Below, in pieces: positions 25,712 to 35,782 of a DNA stretch of 64,000 bases. Below the pieces are notes generated by a model. It was not told where the DNA came from. It saw only the letters and a list, made by a program, of their open reading frames with translations, and ran no database searches. The DNA lies in the IMG/VR virus record IMGVR_UViG_2974597873_000001, positions 1-64,000 of that record. One strand, written 5' to 3'. How positions within the stretch are numbered: the first letter of the stretch is position 1; each line of letters starts with the position of its first letter. The stretch is from a virus (Duplodnaviria > Caudoviricetes). The translations under genes and the position numbers were made by a program.

Positions 25712-26203
25712 TCAAATATATCCGTCGGAAACGTAACGAGCCAATCCGTAAGCGTCTGCCAAATTGTCGTTCTTGAAGCTCACTCCCCAGCGAGACTCAA
25801 TTGCCGCGATGACTTCCGCCTTCTTGGCGTTTCCTTTTCCTGTGACGAATTTCTTCAAGCTTGTGGGCGGAATCACAATAGGATCTCTACCAAATACCTC
25901 AAAATGGGACAGTTTTACGATTCCTCCAAGCTCTCCCAGTTTCTCTCGACCGAATTTTGCATTACTTGCGTACCCTTCCATTGCCACTGTAAGGGTATTG
26001 TATTTCGGTCTCAAACCTGACAGATACGTGACCAATGTCACATGGATTTCCTCTAGCCTTTCCCCATCCGAAGCTCTAGGAGGGAACTTCCAGAGCTGCT
26101 GTGTATGTAGTCCGTCTTCTAGCACGATAAGCCCGAAGCCTGAGTAGGATTGATCGATCCCCACCCAAGCATCGGGCTTTCGTAGTCGTTGATTATCTCT
26201 CAT
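25712..26203 (-). CDS. ruvC: RuvC-like Holliday junction resolvase
   Basis: VGIDQS, AMEGY, PTSLKKFVTGKGNAKK, NLADAYGLA. Confidence 0.85.
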   Translation of the reverse strand: MRDNQRLRKPDAWVGIDQSYSGFGLIVLEDGLHTQQLWKFPPRASDGERLEEIHVTLVTYLSGLRPKYNTLTVAMEGYASNAKFGREKLGELGGIVKLSHFEVFGRDPIVIPPTSLKKFVTGKGNAKKAEVIAAIESRWGVSFKNDNLADAYGLARYVSDGYI

Positions 26204-26209
26204 AGGGGC

Positions 26210-26238
26210 AGGTTACCACCCCTAATCAAGATAGTCAA
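26210..26238 (-). promoter_or_regulatory. promoter giving a leaderless ruvC mRNA
   Basis: TTGACT-17-TAACCT, 6 nt before the ATG, no RBS. Confidence 0.6.
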
Positions 26239-26790
26239 TCAGTAATCGTAGTCATTGTACGGGTCATCGTCGTAATCGTCGTCATCCTCTTCGTCCTCCC
26301 GCTCCTGAATGATGTCCGACCAATCGAGCTTCCCGCCCTTAGCAATGATTTCCAGAGCGTCGATGGCTTCCTCATCGTTGGTGCTGAGGAACAGCTTCTC
26401 GGCGTCGTATTCGGAAAGCTCCAGAAGATCCGCACCAAGCTTCTGAATCTCGTAATGCTTGCCATCCTTGACAGCCCAAGTGACATACTTGTAACCGTCC
26501 TTGACAGTCTCCAGGCTGTAGCCGTTCAGAATACACGCCCAACCCGCAGCACAGAGAGTCGCACCGCAATCAACCTTGTCCTCAGGGTCCTCCGTGTCAA
26601 TCAGCTCCAGAATATCGTTCAGGTGAACAATATCGGCGTCGACCCGGTAAGGAGTACCGTCCCGCTCCAGGGCGTACAGAGAGGTGTTGTTCGTCCAGAA
26701 CCACGTGGTCTGGTCGTGCAGGCTCGGAAGCTTGATCGTAATGTTCTTGATCGTCTCCGCAAGCGGTGCGCCAGTAAGCTGCTCAGACAT
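26239..26790 (-). CDS. hypothetical protein with acidic tail
   Basis: CGATLCAAGWA motif; AAGGAG RBS. Confidence 0.75.
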   Translation of the reverse strand: MSEQLTGAPLAETIKNITIKLPSLHDQTTWFWTNNTSLYALERDGTPYRVDADIVHLNDILELIDTEDPEDKVDCGATLCAAGWACILNGYSLETVKDGYKYVTWAVKDGKHYEIQKLGADLLELSEYDAEKLFLSTNDEEAIDALEIIAKGGKLDWSDIIQEREDEEDDDDYDDDPYNDYDY

Positions 26791-26822
26791 GTTGTTTCTC
26801 CTTCTTTCGGGGTGTTGGTGAA

Positions 26823-26851
26823 ACTCTATCAGTTGCTGTGGCTGGTGACAA
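26823..26851 (-). promoter_or_regulatory. promoter
   Basis: TTGTCA-17-TAGAGT. Confidence 0.6.
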
Positions 26852-27065
26852 GTCCTTCATCACCGAGCTTGACGACGCCCAGAAGCGTGAAGTCCCCGTT
26901 AACGTACGCTTCTTCGGAGATCCTGTCAATCATGTACTGGTTATACTGATCGGCCGTGGCAAGCGCTGCCAGGGGCTCAGAGTACCAGTCTCCTGCGTTA
27001 ATGGCATCATAGATCTCTTCCTGGAGACCAATCTTGCCACCAAGTTCCACAACTGCGTAAATCAT
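26829..27065 (-). CDS. hypothetical protein
   Basis: ATG coupled to the upstream stop. Confidence 0.6.
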   Translation of the reverse strand: MIYAVVELGGKIGLQEEIYDAINAGDWYSEPLAALATADQYNQYMIDRISEEAYVNGDFTLLGVVKLGDEGLVTSHSN

Positions 27066-27451
27066 CCTCGTACCTCCACGATTCGATCCTTCAGACCCGC
27101 ACGGACAGCCATGTCGTACGTCATCTGCGTACCTCGGTTCCCCGCGCCTTCCAGGAAGCACGCTACTACGTAGTCAGGGTTCGTGTCAATCATCTCCTGA
27201 TTACGGGCTGCGTACGCCCATCCTGCGTTCTCCTCAGCGGGGTGTCCAATGACCTCCCAGTCGGCTCCAGCAGCCCAGGAAGCGGCAATCAGATCCGCGC
27301 CACCGTACGGGCACTCCCCATGGTGGAGGACGTAGTCAGTGTAGTGCCAGTCCATCTCATGACGACGCTGAATCTTAACCAGCGCATTCCAGATGAGATG
27401 AGCCTTGCTCGGAGGCCAGTCCCGGGAACCGGTAATTACCACAGTAGGCAT
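27062..27451 (-). CDS. SLOG-family (DUF2493/YspA-like) protein
   Basis: VITGSRDW, HHGEC..GADLIA..WA, AARNQEM, RGT..T. Confidence 0.8.
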   Translation of the reverse strand: MPTVVITGSRDWPPSKAHLIWNALVKIQRRHEMDWHYTDYVLHHGECPYGGADLIAASWAAGADWEVIGHPAEENAGWAYAARNQEMIDTNPDYVVACFLEGAGNRGTQMTYDMAVRAGLKDRIVEVRG

Positions 27452-27616
27452 GTTATCCCTTTCCTCGAACAATCTTAGTGCTTGAGAATGGTGTTCGACA
27501 ACGCGAACACCAATAGTCCGTACGTGTCTTAAGCACACGCAGAAGTTTTACCTTATCACCCTTCCAACAGGTTGGGCAATCCCTAGCGGATGACGTCATT
27601 GTCTCTCCTTATACGG

Positions 27617-27648
27617 GAAAAGCCCCGCCCTTTCGGGCGGAGCCTTTC
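27617..27648 (-). terminator. intrinsic terminator
   Basis: GGCTCCGCCC-GAAA-GGGCGGGGC-TTTT on the minus strand. Confidence 0.75.
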
Positions 27649-27778
27649 AATTACTTCTTGAACCACTTCTGACAGCGCTGACAGAAGTAGCGTAAAACCC
27701 TCTGCCTTTCCTCGCTGAAATCCTCAGAAACCATGTCCCGCTTACCGCACTTGGGACACTTGGGCTTAATGTTGAACA

Positions 27779-28174
27779 TTACAGCTCCTTGTAGAGGTTA
27801 CGGAAATCCTTCCACACCATGGCCTTGAACATTCCTCCGGTCAGCTCCACCTCAGGATAGAAGATAATCCAAGAGGTGTCAAGAGTCTCACCCTCGAACA
27901 CTCGATGCACAACAAAGCACTTATCGTACTCGTTGGTGAACTTGGCTCCCATTTCAGGGAAGTTCGGCATAGGAACATAAACCTGAAGGAGATCCACCAG
28001 ATTCATAGCCCTGTAGGAGTAAGGGTACGGACCCTCAATTTCCTGCCGGACATAAGCGGTACCGCCAGAGTCGACTGTACCATCCCAAGCCAGCACTTCT
28101 ACGATGTGCTTAGTGTGAGAACCGCGCCAGACCTTGTGAGTGCCCAGCTTACTGATGTCGTACTTAGTCGTCAA
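27779..28174 (-). CDS. hypothetical protein
   Basis: TTG start coupled to the upstream ORF. Confidence 0.55.
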   Translation of the reverse strand: MTTKYDISKLGTHKVWRGSHTKHIVEVLAWDGTVDSGGTAYVRQEIEGPYPYSYRAMNLVDLLQVYVPMPNFPEMGAKFTNEYDKCFVVHRVFEGETLDTSWIIFYPEVELTGGMFKAMVWKDFRNLYKEL

Positions 28175-28505
28175 GATCTTCTCCGAATTCCTTTTCGGGG
28201 ACCAGTTCTCCGCCGGTCCAAACCAGAAGTTCTGCTGTCTTCGGGGCTTCACGTAGATACGTGATTGCACGCTGGATTCCTTCAGCGACTCCCAAGGTGT
28301 AATCGGAGTCATACAGCCCTCCGTCACTGTGGTCGTAGTTATCGAACATCACTTGCAGATCGTTTGCGGCACACTCACGAGCTGTCATCTCCAGTTCCTG
28401 AGCAAAATCCGCGTGCCTGTAAGCCTTGTCGTCGTACCAGCCAGCAAAAGACTCCCAGAAACGGGGAGACATGTCAAGCTCTTCCCATTCGATCCTCAGG
28501 GCCAT
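28164..28505 (-). CDS. hypothetical acidic protein
   Basis: 113 aa ORF. Confidence 0.6.
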   Translation of the reverse strand: MALRIEWEELDMSPRFWESFAGWYDDKAYRHADFAQELEMTARECAANDLQVMFDNYDHSDGGLYDSDYTLGVAEGIQRAITYLREAPKTAELLVWTGGELVPEKEFGEDLDD

Positions 28506-28711
28506 AGAACTACCGCCTCCTCATATTCGCCTTCTTCGTCACCCTCATAGATCAGTTCTACTTCCCACTGCTCGATATCCTCTACTTCCTCCACGGAGTA
28601 CGTAGAAAGATGACGGATGCTATTGCCCTCTTCGTCCGAAGAAAGCAGGACCGGAATATCTGGCGGGAAATTCTTCAACAGCTCCATTAGTGCGAGTACG
28701 TTCATGCTCAT
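28496..28711 (-). CDS. hypothetical acidic protein
   Basis: L..L...P.D..V.LSSDEEGN pattern. Confidence 0.65.
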   Translation of the reverse strand: MSMNVLALMELLKNFPPDIPVLLSSDEEGNSIRHLSTYSVEEVEDIEQWEVELIYEGDEEGEYEEAVVLWP

Positions 28712-28861
28712 ACCTGTGACTCCTTCATTTCGATACGAAGATCCAGAAGCATATCGATAGTTCGCTTATCAGAGGGATGCACCTTCTTAAGCTGCTCATC
28801 GATAATCTCCATGGAAATACCGAGACCGGCATTGTAGCCGTCGTAGTAAGCGGGACCAAGC

Positions 28862-29137
28862 TCACCCATCAATCCTCACCCCATCGTACTCGTTGGGCTT
28901 CACACGCTCACTGAGGCCCTTTCCAATAAGCTTCCCAAGCTCCTGAAGAGCCACGTCCGTGATCTCGTCAAGCTTGTACTCGTTCGGCTCCTCCTCTACC
29001 TCTAGCGTCCAGATTTCGTGCCCGAAGAAGGACACGGTAACGGTACCCCCGTCATAACGACGACGGGTATAGTCGTAAGTTCCGGAATACTCCGTGGAAA
29101 ACGGCTCGATTTCCATACCTACACGCATTACCACCAC
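28862..29137 (-). CDS. hypothetical protein
   Basis: 91 aa. Confidence 0.6.
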   Translation of the reverse strand: MVVMRVGMEIEPFSTEYSGTYDYTRRRYDGGTVTVSFFGHEIWTLEVEEEPNEYKLDEITDVALQELGKLIGKGLSERVKPNEYDGVRIDG

Positions 29138-29511
29138 ACCTCCATGACGTACTTTCCCTCAGGGATCAGACCCTGATTACAAATCCATTGAAGCATTTCT
29201 GAGAAACCCGGAGTAGCGTTACGGTAGTACTTTTCGTAAAACTTCTTGTCCTCTTCCAAGTCGGTCTCCTCAGGCTCATCGTTGTACTGACCACCTTCCA
29301 GCCAACGCTGGAAATTCTGCGTGGTGTCTTCTTCGATCTCCTGACCCGAAACTACCGTGGCGCTCAGATGCTCACCATTGTGGAAACCATCGAAACCTGC
29401 ATCTTTGATGATTTCCCAAGTTCGATCGTAGGGCTCCAGGAGTACCTTAAGGTACTCGTCAAACTTCCAACGGTCAAGCTGTCGGACTTCCTTGTAATTA
29501 AGTGGTTCCAT
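29128..29511 (-). CDS. hypothetical protein
   Basis: GGAGG RBS; ends LIPEGKYVMEVWW. Confidence 0.65.
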   Translation of the reverse strand: MEPLNYKEVRQLDRWKFDEYLKVLLEPYDRTWEIIKDAGFDGFHNGEHLSATVVSGQEIEEDTTQNFQRWLEGGQYNDEPEETDLEEDKKFYEKYYRNATPGFSEMLQWICNQGLIPEGKYVMEVWW

Positions 29512-29726
29512 TATGCCTCCAGTGTATAAACGGTCCAAGCGATTTCATCTTCCGCCGAATCTACTATCGACGTTTCGAGAACTGCGTAAATCTGGTTCTC
29601 CGTAATCAGGTACCTGAAAGGCCCAAATCGGAGAGCCCGAACAATATCTTCGGCCATTTGCTCCGGCGTGTTACCCACTCGAATAGTGTGGGCAATGAAT
29701 TCCCGCATTTGCTGTGCCGCTGACAC
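29511..29726 (-). CDS. hypothetical protein
   Basis: AAGGAG RBS, GTG start. Confidence 0.6.
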   Translation of the reverse strand: MSAAQQMREFIAHTIRVGNTPEQMAEDIVRALRFGPFRYLITENQIYAVLETSIVDSAEDEIAWTVYTLEA

Positions 29727-29832
29727 GTTCTCTCCTTAGTAGGTTTTGTGACAGACCGTACAGATGACTATAAGGTTTCCTTCGTCATCTGTAAAGTCTC
29801 GGATATGATCCTCGCAACTGTGCATGACGTCC

Positions 29833-30522
29833 TTACTCGAAGGGCTCCTCAGGGAAGTCCTGGAAGCAAGCCGGTGCGATCAACTTTAGCTGATTCAACA
29901 GCTCCTTGGCAAGCTCCTGAATCTCGGCGTCAGCATGGACGCTGTAACGCTTGTACAGCATGTCTCGCCAAGCCCTCATGTTGCCAGTGACCACAATACG
30001 CGTCTCCGTGCCTCCTGGCAAGTCGTAACGAGCTGCCTCACGGGCTTGCTTACGCTTCTTGCCAAGCCCTAGCAGACTGTCCACAGTCAGACGATACGTG
30101 GCCTTGATGGCGCCCGCAAGAGGCTTCATTCCTCCACCCATAGCCGGAGGAATGACCTGCTGAGCGTTCTCCATGTCGATGTAGCGCTGAGACAGCTCAC
30201 TGTAGCTCAGGTGGCGGTGACGAATCAACTCGTGAGTCAGGTTACGGCTTACACCCTCAATATAGAAGGTAGCCGTAGCGTGCTCCAGGACAGAGAAATG
30301 CCCCTGGTTGATGATGTTGTTCATGTATCCGGAATTGGTTCGAGTCTTCTCGTTGGGCATATCCCAAGCCTGATAGCAGGAACGCCCTGCGAAATGACAC
30401 AAAGTATCTGCATCATTCATCAGGGCGTCCGGGCTTAGCAGGTAGAAGTCCTCGAAGGCCGTTCCCATCACCGAATCCGGGATCTGATAGAAATCGGTAG
30501 ATGCGAGTAGCGTAACCTTCAA
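29833..30522 (-). CDS. thyX: FAD-dependent thymidylate synthase
   Basis: GHFSVLEH, RHRHLSYSELSQRY, AREAAR, GNMRAW. Confidence 0.95.
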   Translation of the reverse strand: MKVTLLASTDFYQIPDSVMGTAFEDFYLLSPDALMNDADTLCHFAGRSCYQAWDMPNEKTRTNSGYMNNIINQGHFSVLEHATATFYIEGVSRNLTHELIRHRHLSYSELSQRYIDMENAQQVIPPAMGGGMKPLAGAIKATYRLTVDSLLGLGKKRKQAREAARYDLPGGTETRIVVTGNMRAWRDMLYKRYSVHADAEIQELAKELLNQLKLIAPACFQDFPEEPFE

Positions 30523-30704
30523 GTTAATTCTCCTTGTTGTAGTTTTTCTCCAATACGGTGATGAGAACCACCGTGACAGTACCGTTCGGGTCCTTAAGAC
30601 TTACGGTTTTAGGCTGCACTCCCACGACTTCGTACACCCCATAAGCGGGCATACTTTTACGACGGTACTTATCTTTTACTTTGATAGCAGCCATTCTGCA
30701 CTCC

Positions 30705-31190
30705 CTATGCGTTCATATTGCCATTACGGTTCTCAACATCTCTACGAGCGAGACGGCGAGAAAGTTCCCGTGACGCAGCCGCAGCTTTACGTTCACAGTC
30801 TCCGTAGACGGACTCTACCACCTTCCGGTACGCATAGCAACGATCGACTTCGTCTTCCGCAGCCTGGTATTCCGGCTCTTGAGCCACCATAGCCTTGGTT
30901 GCCGCTACTGTCTTTTCGGACTTGTACTGGATGGTATATAGGTCTTCCACGCGCTTCAAAGCACGCTCAGCTTGCTTCTCCTTGACCACAGCACGGGCAA
31001 CCTCACCTCCCGCGTAGCCAGTCCAGTTCACAAGCTCGTTGTACAGTCGCATAAGGACTGTATCACTTACCTCGGACAATCCGACGGGTAGTTCCGGTAC
31101 GCCTGATGACTCGGGTCGGTCCGGAGTTTTCAGACCTTTCTGAGTCAGAAGATCGTCCAGACCCCAACCTCTCTGGGAGCGTTGTGCCAT
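30705..31190 (-). CDS. coiled-coil protein, possible UvsY-like recombination mediator
   Basis: helical, ends SRELSRR; next to a nuclease. Confidence 0.45.
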   Translation of the reverse strand: MAQRSQRGWGLDDLLTQKGLKTPDRPESSGVPELPVGLSEVSDTVLMRLYNELVNWTGYAGGEVARAVVKEKQAERALKRVEDLYTIQYKSEKTVAATKAMVAQEPEYQAAEDEVDRCYAYRKVVESVYGDCERKAAAASRELSRRLARRDVENRNGNMNA

Positions 31191-32088
31191 AATCAGTCCC
31201 TTCACAATCTGTGCAGCCATTATGAGGGCACTCAGGTGGGTCTGTCAACCCTTCCAGAGCGCGAGAAATCTGCCGAGCCGACTCGAACAGATCATCAGTG
31301 TGCTTCTTGTCGTAGTTGACGACGAATTCCTTTGCACCCTGGTTAAACTTACTTTCATACAGAAATGAAATACGAGAGTATTCCAATCCCATAATTTCAC
31401 AAATGCGGAGGTAAATCTGACCCTGATTAACGTGGTCAGGGAAAGGTTCCTCAATACCCTTCCACAATCCCGGAAGATCAACCTTCTGACCCTCCGAATA
31501 CTTCTTGTACAGCTCCGGATTGGACACACGCACGGTACCGGCTCCCACAGATTTAATCTCGATGAGAGCGTTCTTAGACGGTACACCACCATCGGCATGA
31601 CCCGCAATAAGGTACTCAGGAGCCCTCAGAGGGATCTCCCGGTACTCAAGGGACACCTTACCCAGGGAACACTGTGGGCAGTCCTCAGGAGCAAGCTGAT
31701 GGGTCATACGGATGCCGCAGTGGTTGCAGAACCAGTTGCCCCACAATTCTCCCATATTCCAAAGACGCTTCTGCCACTTGTCATGAATGTAGTGACCTTC
31801 ATCAAAGATATTCAGGAGCTGGACACCAATGTATTCCTTGGGCTTCAGATAGGGGTTATTTGCCTCTCTGCACGCCTTAATCCGTAGGTAGGTCCCAAGA
31901 GGACACCAGCCCTTCTTAGCCATCTCAGAGGGGTGAATAATGTCCTGACGACGGTCGCTAGGCTTGTCCGCCTCGCGCATCATGTGCTTCTGGATATCTC
32001 CTAGGAGGAGAGTGTTCTTTCCGGCTCCCGCGTAGTCTGCGAGCCTCCCTGTGAGCTTTGTGCTTCCCCAACCTGTCGATACGGCCAA
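31063..32088 (-). CDS. Cas4-like PD-(D/E)XK exonuclease
   Basis: HPSE..C, G..IH, GHADG...IEIKS, Q.QIY, terminal Cys cluster. Confidence 0.8.
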   Translation of the reverse strand: MAVSTGWGSTKLTGRLADYAGAGKNTLLLGDIQKHMMREADKPSDRRQDIIHPSEMAKKGWCPLGTYLRIKACREANNPYLKPKEYIGVQLLNIFDEGHYIHDKWQKRLWNMGELWGNWFCNHCGIRMTHQLAPEDCPQCSLGKVSLEYREIPLRAPEYLIAGHADGGVPSKNALIEIKSVGAGTVRVSNPELYKKYSEGQKVDLPGLWKGIEEPFPDHVNQGQIYLRICEIMGLEYSRISFLYESKFNQGAKEFVVNYDKKHTDDLFESARQISRALEGLTDPPECPHNGCTDCEGTDYGTTLPERLGSGRSSDSERSENSGPTRVIRRTGTTRRIVRGK

Positions 32089-32399
32089 CCTCTTCGTCCT
32101 CTCCTGATTTCACGGCGCTCTTCCGGAGTAGTTCCACCCCACACACCGTACTTTTCGTTGTTGATTACGGCAAACTCCAGACAATCAGAAAGGAGGGGGC
32201 ATGGGCGCTTGTCATCTGTACCGTGACAAATACGCTTAGCCTCCTCCATTTCCGATTGCTGATCAGCATCTAGGTAAATGCTGGTGCCGAACCACGGATC
32301 GTTATCCCGAGTCCCCGGAAATGAGACACACTTAGCCTGCTTTTCCGGATGGTCCTCATTGAACCATTGTGGACTATTCGTCCGTAGCTTCATCACCAT
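32001..32399 (-). CDS. whiB: WhiB family transcription factor
   Basis: C...AKRIC...CP...CLEFA...GVWGGTTPEERR. Confidence 0.85.
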   Translation of the reverse strand: MVMKLRTNSPQWFNEDHPEKQAKCVSFPGTRDNDPWFGTSIYLDADQQSEMEEAKRICHGTDDKRPCPLLSDCLEFAVINNEKYGVWGGTTPEERREIRRGRRGWPYRQVGEAQSSQGGSQTTREPERTLSS

Positions 32400-32706
32400 A
32401 CGCCTGAATCCTCATCTCCATAAAGTCATCCTTGCTCAGGATGACGTACGACTCACCCTGTTTAAGGAACTCTACCAGAAAGATCGGAATTCGTCCATCC
32501 ATCAGCGCTTGGTGGTTAAGCTTCTCCAAATCCACTTGCTTCAAACTGTAGGACTTCGCTGAAGTGATCTTACATTCCCAGAGTTCCTTGTCACTTCTCA
32601 CGTCACCCTTACGTACCCAACCATTGCCAGAACCGGCATTAACGGAGCCGCCCAATTCCTTGGCGAGACTCCGTTCCTGCCGTTGGCTATCTTTTAGTGA
32701 TGCCAA
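32374..32706 (-). CDS. small PD-(D/E)XK nuclease (Holliday junction resolvase-like)
   Basis: QE...GSG...KGD...ECK. Confidence 0.7.
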   Translation of the reverse strand: MASLKDSQRQERSLAKELGGSVNAGSGNGWVRKGDVRSDKELWECKITSAKSYSLKQVDLEKLNHQALMDGRIPIFLVEFLKQGESYVILSKDDFMEMRIQAYGDEATDE

Positions 32707-33092
32707 CGCCTTATGTCTTCCCTTACCATTCGCATTCCGTCATGGATACTTCCTTCTACGTAGTCCCATGACATGAGTTCTTGAATGTCACCATACACGG
32801 CCTTGAACGCCGCGTCAATACCCTTTCGCCAACACGTGGCATACGGGGTGTCCCACTTCTCTTTCATGATAGGAGGAAGTGGGACTCCCCTGTAGGCAGT
32901 CGGAAACTTAGGACATTCAGAGTCCGTGTGTGACTGCCTGAGGGACTTTGCGGCACTGAAGTGATGCTGGGGACACTCGTCTACGATTCGGTCCTTACGA
33001 ACCAACCCACAGGCTTCCTTAGGGCAGGGACAGCCATCCTCAAGAGTATGGCCATCCCACGAACGCCCGATGTGGATGTCGTCAGGAAGCAT
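32694..33092 (-). CDS. hypothetical Cys/His-rich protein
   Basis: CPCPKEACGLV...CPQH. Confidence 0.6.
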   Translation of the reverse strand: MLPDDIHIGRSWDGHTLEDGCPCPKEACGLVRKDRIVDECPQHHFSAAKSLRQSHTDSECPKFPTAYRGVPLPPIMKEKWDTPYATCWRKGIDAAFKAVYGDIQELMSWDYVEGSIHDGMRMVREDIRRWHH

Positions 33093-33366
33093 CCTGTGCC
33101 TTCTCGGAGCCCTTAGGACCCTTACCCCGCATAAGACGCAGGGTGTCCCGCACGAGACCGTAGGAGAAGCCCACAATCCCCATAGCAGGCCATGCGAAGA
33201 CCATGCCACCTCGGTAGGTGCAGCAGATCAGCATACCCAGATCCTTGCCGTACTTCTTACGGTAGTCGTCCAGGCTCTTGCCGTTCTTCAGCAGGTCATT
33301 CAGCGTAGTGATCGAACCGATGACGTAGATTCCGCCACCCACCACAATTGCACCAGTTACCAGCAT
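33082..33366 (-). CDS. membrane protein
   Basis: hydrophobic, AWP motif. Confidence 0.6.
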   Translation of the reverse strand: MLVTGAIVVGGGIYVIGSITTLNDLLKNGKSLDDYRKKYGKDLGMLICCTYRGGMVFAWPAMGIVGFSYGLVRDTLRLMRGKGPKGSEKAQDAS

Positions 33367-33596
33367 TACTTCCCCTTCACCATTCCGTTGATGTACTTGA
33401 CGAAAACCCACACCGGCCATCCGATGCTTCGGAAAACTGCACGAAGGATGATCAGTGTCCATCCTCTGTACTTTCCGTGCTTACTGAGAATTTCGTATTC
33501 TTCTCCCCGAAACTCCAAGTCAATAAGATAATTGACAAAGAGAATCAGTCCGACGAAGACATAAGCAAGAAATCCCAGCACTGCTGGAACAATCAT
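33366..33596 (-). CDS. membrane protein
   Basis: hydrophobic, GWP motif. Confidence 0.6.
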   Translation of the reverse strand: MIVPAVLGFLAYVFVGLILFVNYLIDLEFRGEEYEILSKHGKYRGWTLIILRAVFRSIGWPVWVFVKYINGMVKGK

Positions 33597-33796
33597 GTCA
33601 GCCCTTCATGACGAGGTGATAAACCATGGCCTGAACGTCTTCCTGACCCAGCGCGCCCGACTCACCGAGAGTAGTCAGAATGCCGTTCCAGATACTGTCC
33701 AGTGCCACCTTGCTCAGGTGGTATATACCACCAGACACAACGAGCGGTGCAAGAATGTAGCCGATAATCTCCACGTTTCCTCCTTTTAGTAGATGA

Positions 33797-33852
33797 TTAA
33801 CCACCAGCCCCACACAGAGACAGTATCAGCTCTGTATGAGACAAGCAACTAA
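33797..33852 (-). other. UU/UG hairpin copy 14
   Basis: minus strand TTAGTTGC-TT-13 bp stem-TG-GTGGTTAA. Confidence 0.65.
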
Positions 33853-34259
33853 CCCTCCGAGCTGCCCCGGAAGTCCGGGTTGGGGAGAAGAGCCTGAGGC
33901 TTGAACGTGACGCGGTAGTGGTAGGCAGACGCCTTGATCGGCGCACCCTGCTCCACATAGTACGAGACGTTGTCACTCAGACCCAGGAAGGACTTCTTGT
34001 ACTCGTCCTTACCAGTCTTGCAGATGATCTCAAGCTGGTTACCCTCGTCCTTGATGGAACAGGCGCCCTCGATCACCATCAGGTACTTGTCGGTGATGCC
34101 GTTGAAGGCGACGATTCGACGCTGAACCTCGAAGTTGTCAGCAGCCTTGGAGACGTTCTCAGAAGCCACAGTGGCGTCGTCGTCCGTGCAAGCCACGGCA
34201 CCCAGACCCAGCGCAACAACCATACCGAGAGTCGTGAAGGTCTTGTTGAGACGGTTCAT
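33849..34259 (-). CDS. phage lipoprotein
   Basis: lipobox AVAC; ADNFEVQRRIVAFNGITDKYL. Confidence 0.8.
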   Translation of the reverse strand: MNRLNKTFTTLGMVVALGLGAVACTDDDATVASENVSKAADNFEVQRRIVAFNGITDKYLMVIEGACSIKDEGNQLEIICKTGKDEYKKSFLGLSDNVSYYVEQGAPIKASAYHYRVTFKPQALLPNPDFRGSSEG

Positions 34260-34273
34260 TACATTTCCTCCTT

Positions 34274-34326
34274 TGTAGTGACCAGCACCGCCACTCTACT
34301 AGAGAGTGACGATACAAGCAACTACA
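34274..34326 (-). other. UU/UG hairpin copy 15
   Basis: minus strand TGTAGTTGC-TT-13 bp stem-TG-GTCACTACA. Confidence 0.7.
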
Positions 34327-34642
34327 TGTCGTAGAGCGCAGCCTCATTGATAGCGTTCAGAGCATCCTGACTCTCCGTACCCATCAGAATTTCCTTGCGG
34401 AAGATGTAGAGCCTGTACGCGGCCAGAACACCGATCAGCACCAGCAGAGTGAACAGTACACCCCCGACCCACAGAGCGCCAGTCAGTGAGAATACCGCCA
34501 CAATACCCATGATGATGGCGTTAGCCACGAAGAGAACACCGAAGCCCATCGCAGCCTGCTTGACGTGCACCTGGAACACTTCCTCACTGGCCTCACGAAT
34601 GAAGTCAAGCTCGTCGTCACCAGTCTTGGGGAACTCGAACAT
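34322..34642 (-). CDS. two-TM membrane protein
   Basis: two hydrophobic helices; AAGGAG RBS. Confidence 0.7.
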   Translation of the reverse strand: MFEFPKTGDDELDFIREASEEVFQVHVKQAAMGFGVLFVANAIIMGIVAVFSLTGALWVGGVLFTLLVLIGVLAAYRLYIFRKEILMGTESQDALNAINEAALYDM

Positions 34643-34886
34643 GTTTCTTTCTCCTTCTTTGTTGGTGGAGTAGTGCCCAGCAACGCCATCGTACTAGACG
34701 ATAACGAAGCTGACAACTACTTGCGGAAGGGACCAGGAACCTTACCGGCCACGTTCAGACCCACGTAGACAGCCAGAACGATGACCAGAGGCCAGAACAG
34801 TGCGGAGACTGCCATCAGCACCAGCTTGAGAACCACCGCCGCAGCGATGATAGCCAGCACGAAACCCGCGATCTTCAGCTTGCTCA

Positions 34887-35549
34887 TTACTTGTTGCCCT
34901 CCTGAAGGCTCTTGTGGATGAGATCGTTCTCAAGGAACGTCTTGTAGGGGGTACCGCTTGCTGTGTGGAACACTACCACACCTTCCGGCTTCATGAAATC
35001 CGGAGAAGCTACGGAACCGTACTCGCGAAGGTGCTCAACCCACGACTTTGCGATCTCCGTAGAGAATACCGTACGTTCCAGCACAGGCACAAGGTAAAGC
35101 TGAGGAATCAGATCGTGACCCTTGTACGCGGTCAGGGTGTCCTCCCAGCGCTTCACGTTGAACAGAGAGAAGCGACGTTCACCGTTAGAGAGACCGTAGC
35201 CTCCCTGAATACCCGAGCCCCACCACTCACCGAAGTGACGACCCTCGCCCAGAACCTCGATGAGGTTACGGGAGTTGTCGAACACCCACTTGGCGAAGGC
35301 GAAGTTGTCGTCTCCTGGAGTGATGAAGCGCTTACGCGACTGTGCAGCAACAAGGTACACGCCAGTCTCCGTGTACACAACGTCTTCCTTGCCGGACCAT
35401 CCCAGAAGCTCAAGCTCCCAGTCTGCCAGGGGTCCTCCATAAGGCGCAATACGCTCGATGACAACCGCAGCGTTGGTACCGTCGATCTTCTCCGTGTAGA
35501 TTGCCTCCTTGTTGAGGCGGGAGATAGAAGGCCAGGGCTGGAACTCCAT
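34887..35549 (-). CDS. ATP-dependent RNA ligase (Rnl2-like adenylation domain)
   Basis: TEKIDGTNA, QSR, FGEWWG.GIQ, F.LFN, PEGVVV. Confidence 0.85.
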   Translation of the reverse strand: MEFQPWPSISRLNKEAIYTEKIDGTNAAVVIERIAPYGGPLADWELELLGWSGKEDVVYTETGVYLVAAQSRKRFITPGDDNFAFAKWVFDNSRNLIEVLGEGRHFGEWWGSGIQGGYGLSNGERRFSLFNVKRWEDTLTAYKGHDLIPQLYLVPVLERTVFSTEIAKSWVEHLREYGSVASPDFMKPEGVVVFHTASGTPYKTFLENDLIHKSLQEGNK

Positions 35550-35764
35550 CAGATGTTCTCCTTCTCGTTGATACGGCCAGTCAGCGTAGAACCGTAGCCA
35601 AGCTCGTGCTTGACTCCGTAGACGTTCAGATCATGCAGGACGTTGACGAAATAGTCAACACTGACGCTGCCCTGTGCTGCGCGTGCCAGAACTACAGCCT
35701 GAATGTCCTCAAGATCCGCGTCGTCCAGAACAAGATTTTCCAGATCCGTGAGTGCGTAGTACAT
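35549..35764 (-). CDS. hypothetical protein
   Basis: 71 aa, GGGGAG RBS. Confidence 0.6.
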   Translation of the reverse strand: MYYALTDLENLVLDDADLEDIQAVVLARAAQGSVSVDYFVNVLHDLNVYGVKHELGYGSTLTGRINEKENI

Positions 35765-35782
35765 GCTCTCCCCTTCGTTTGT

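Noticed and set aside
31063-32088. Cas4-like gene as evidence of a CRISPR-Cas system
   Set aside because: Solo Cas4-like exonucleases are common in phage recombination modules, and no cas1/cas2 or array is present.
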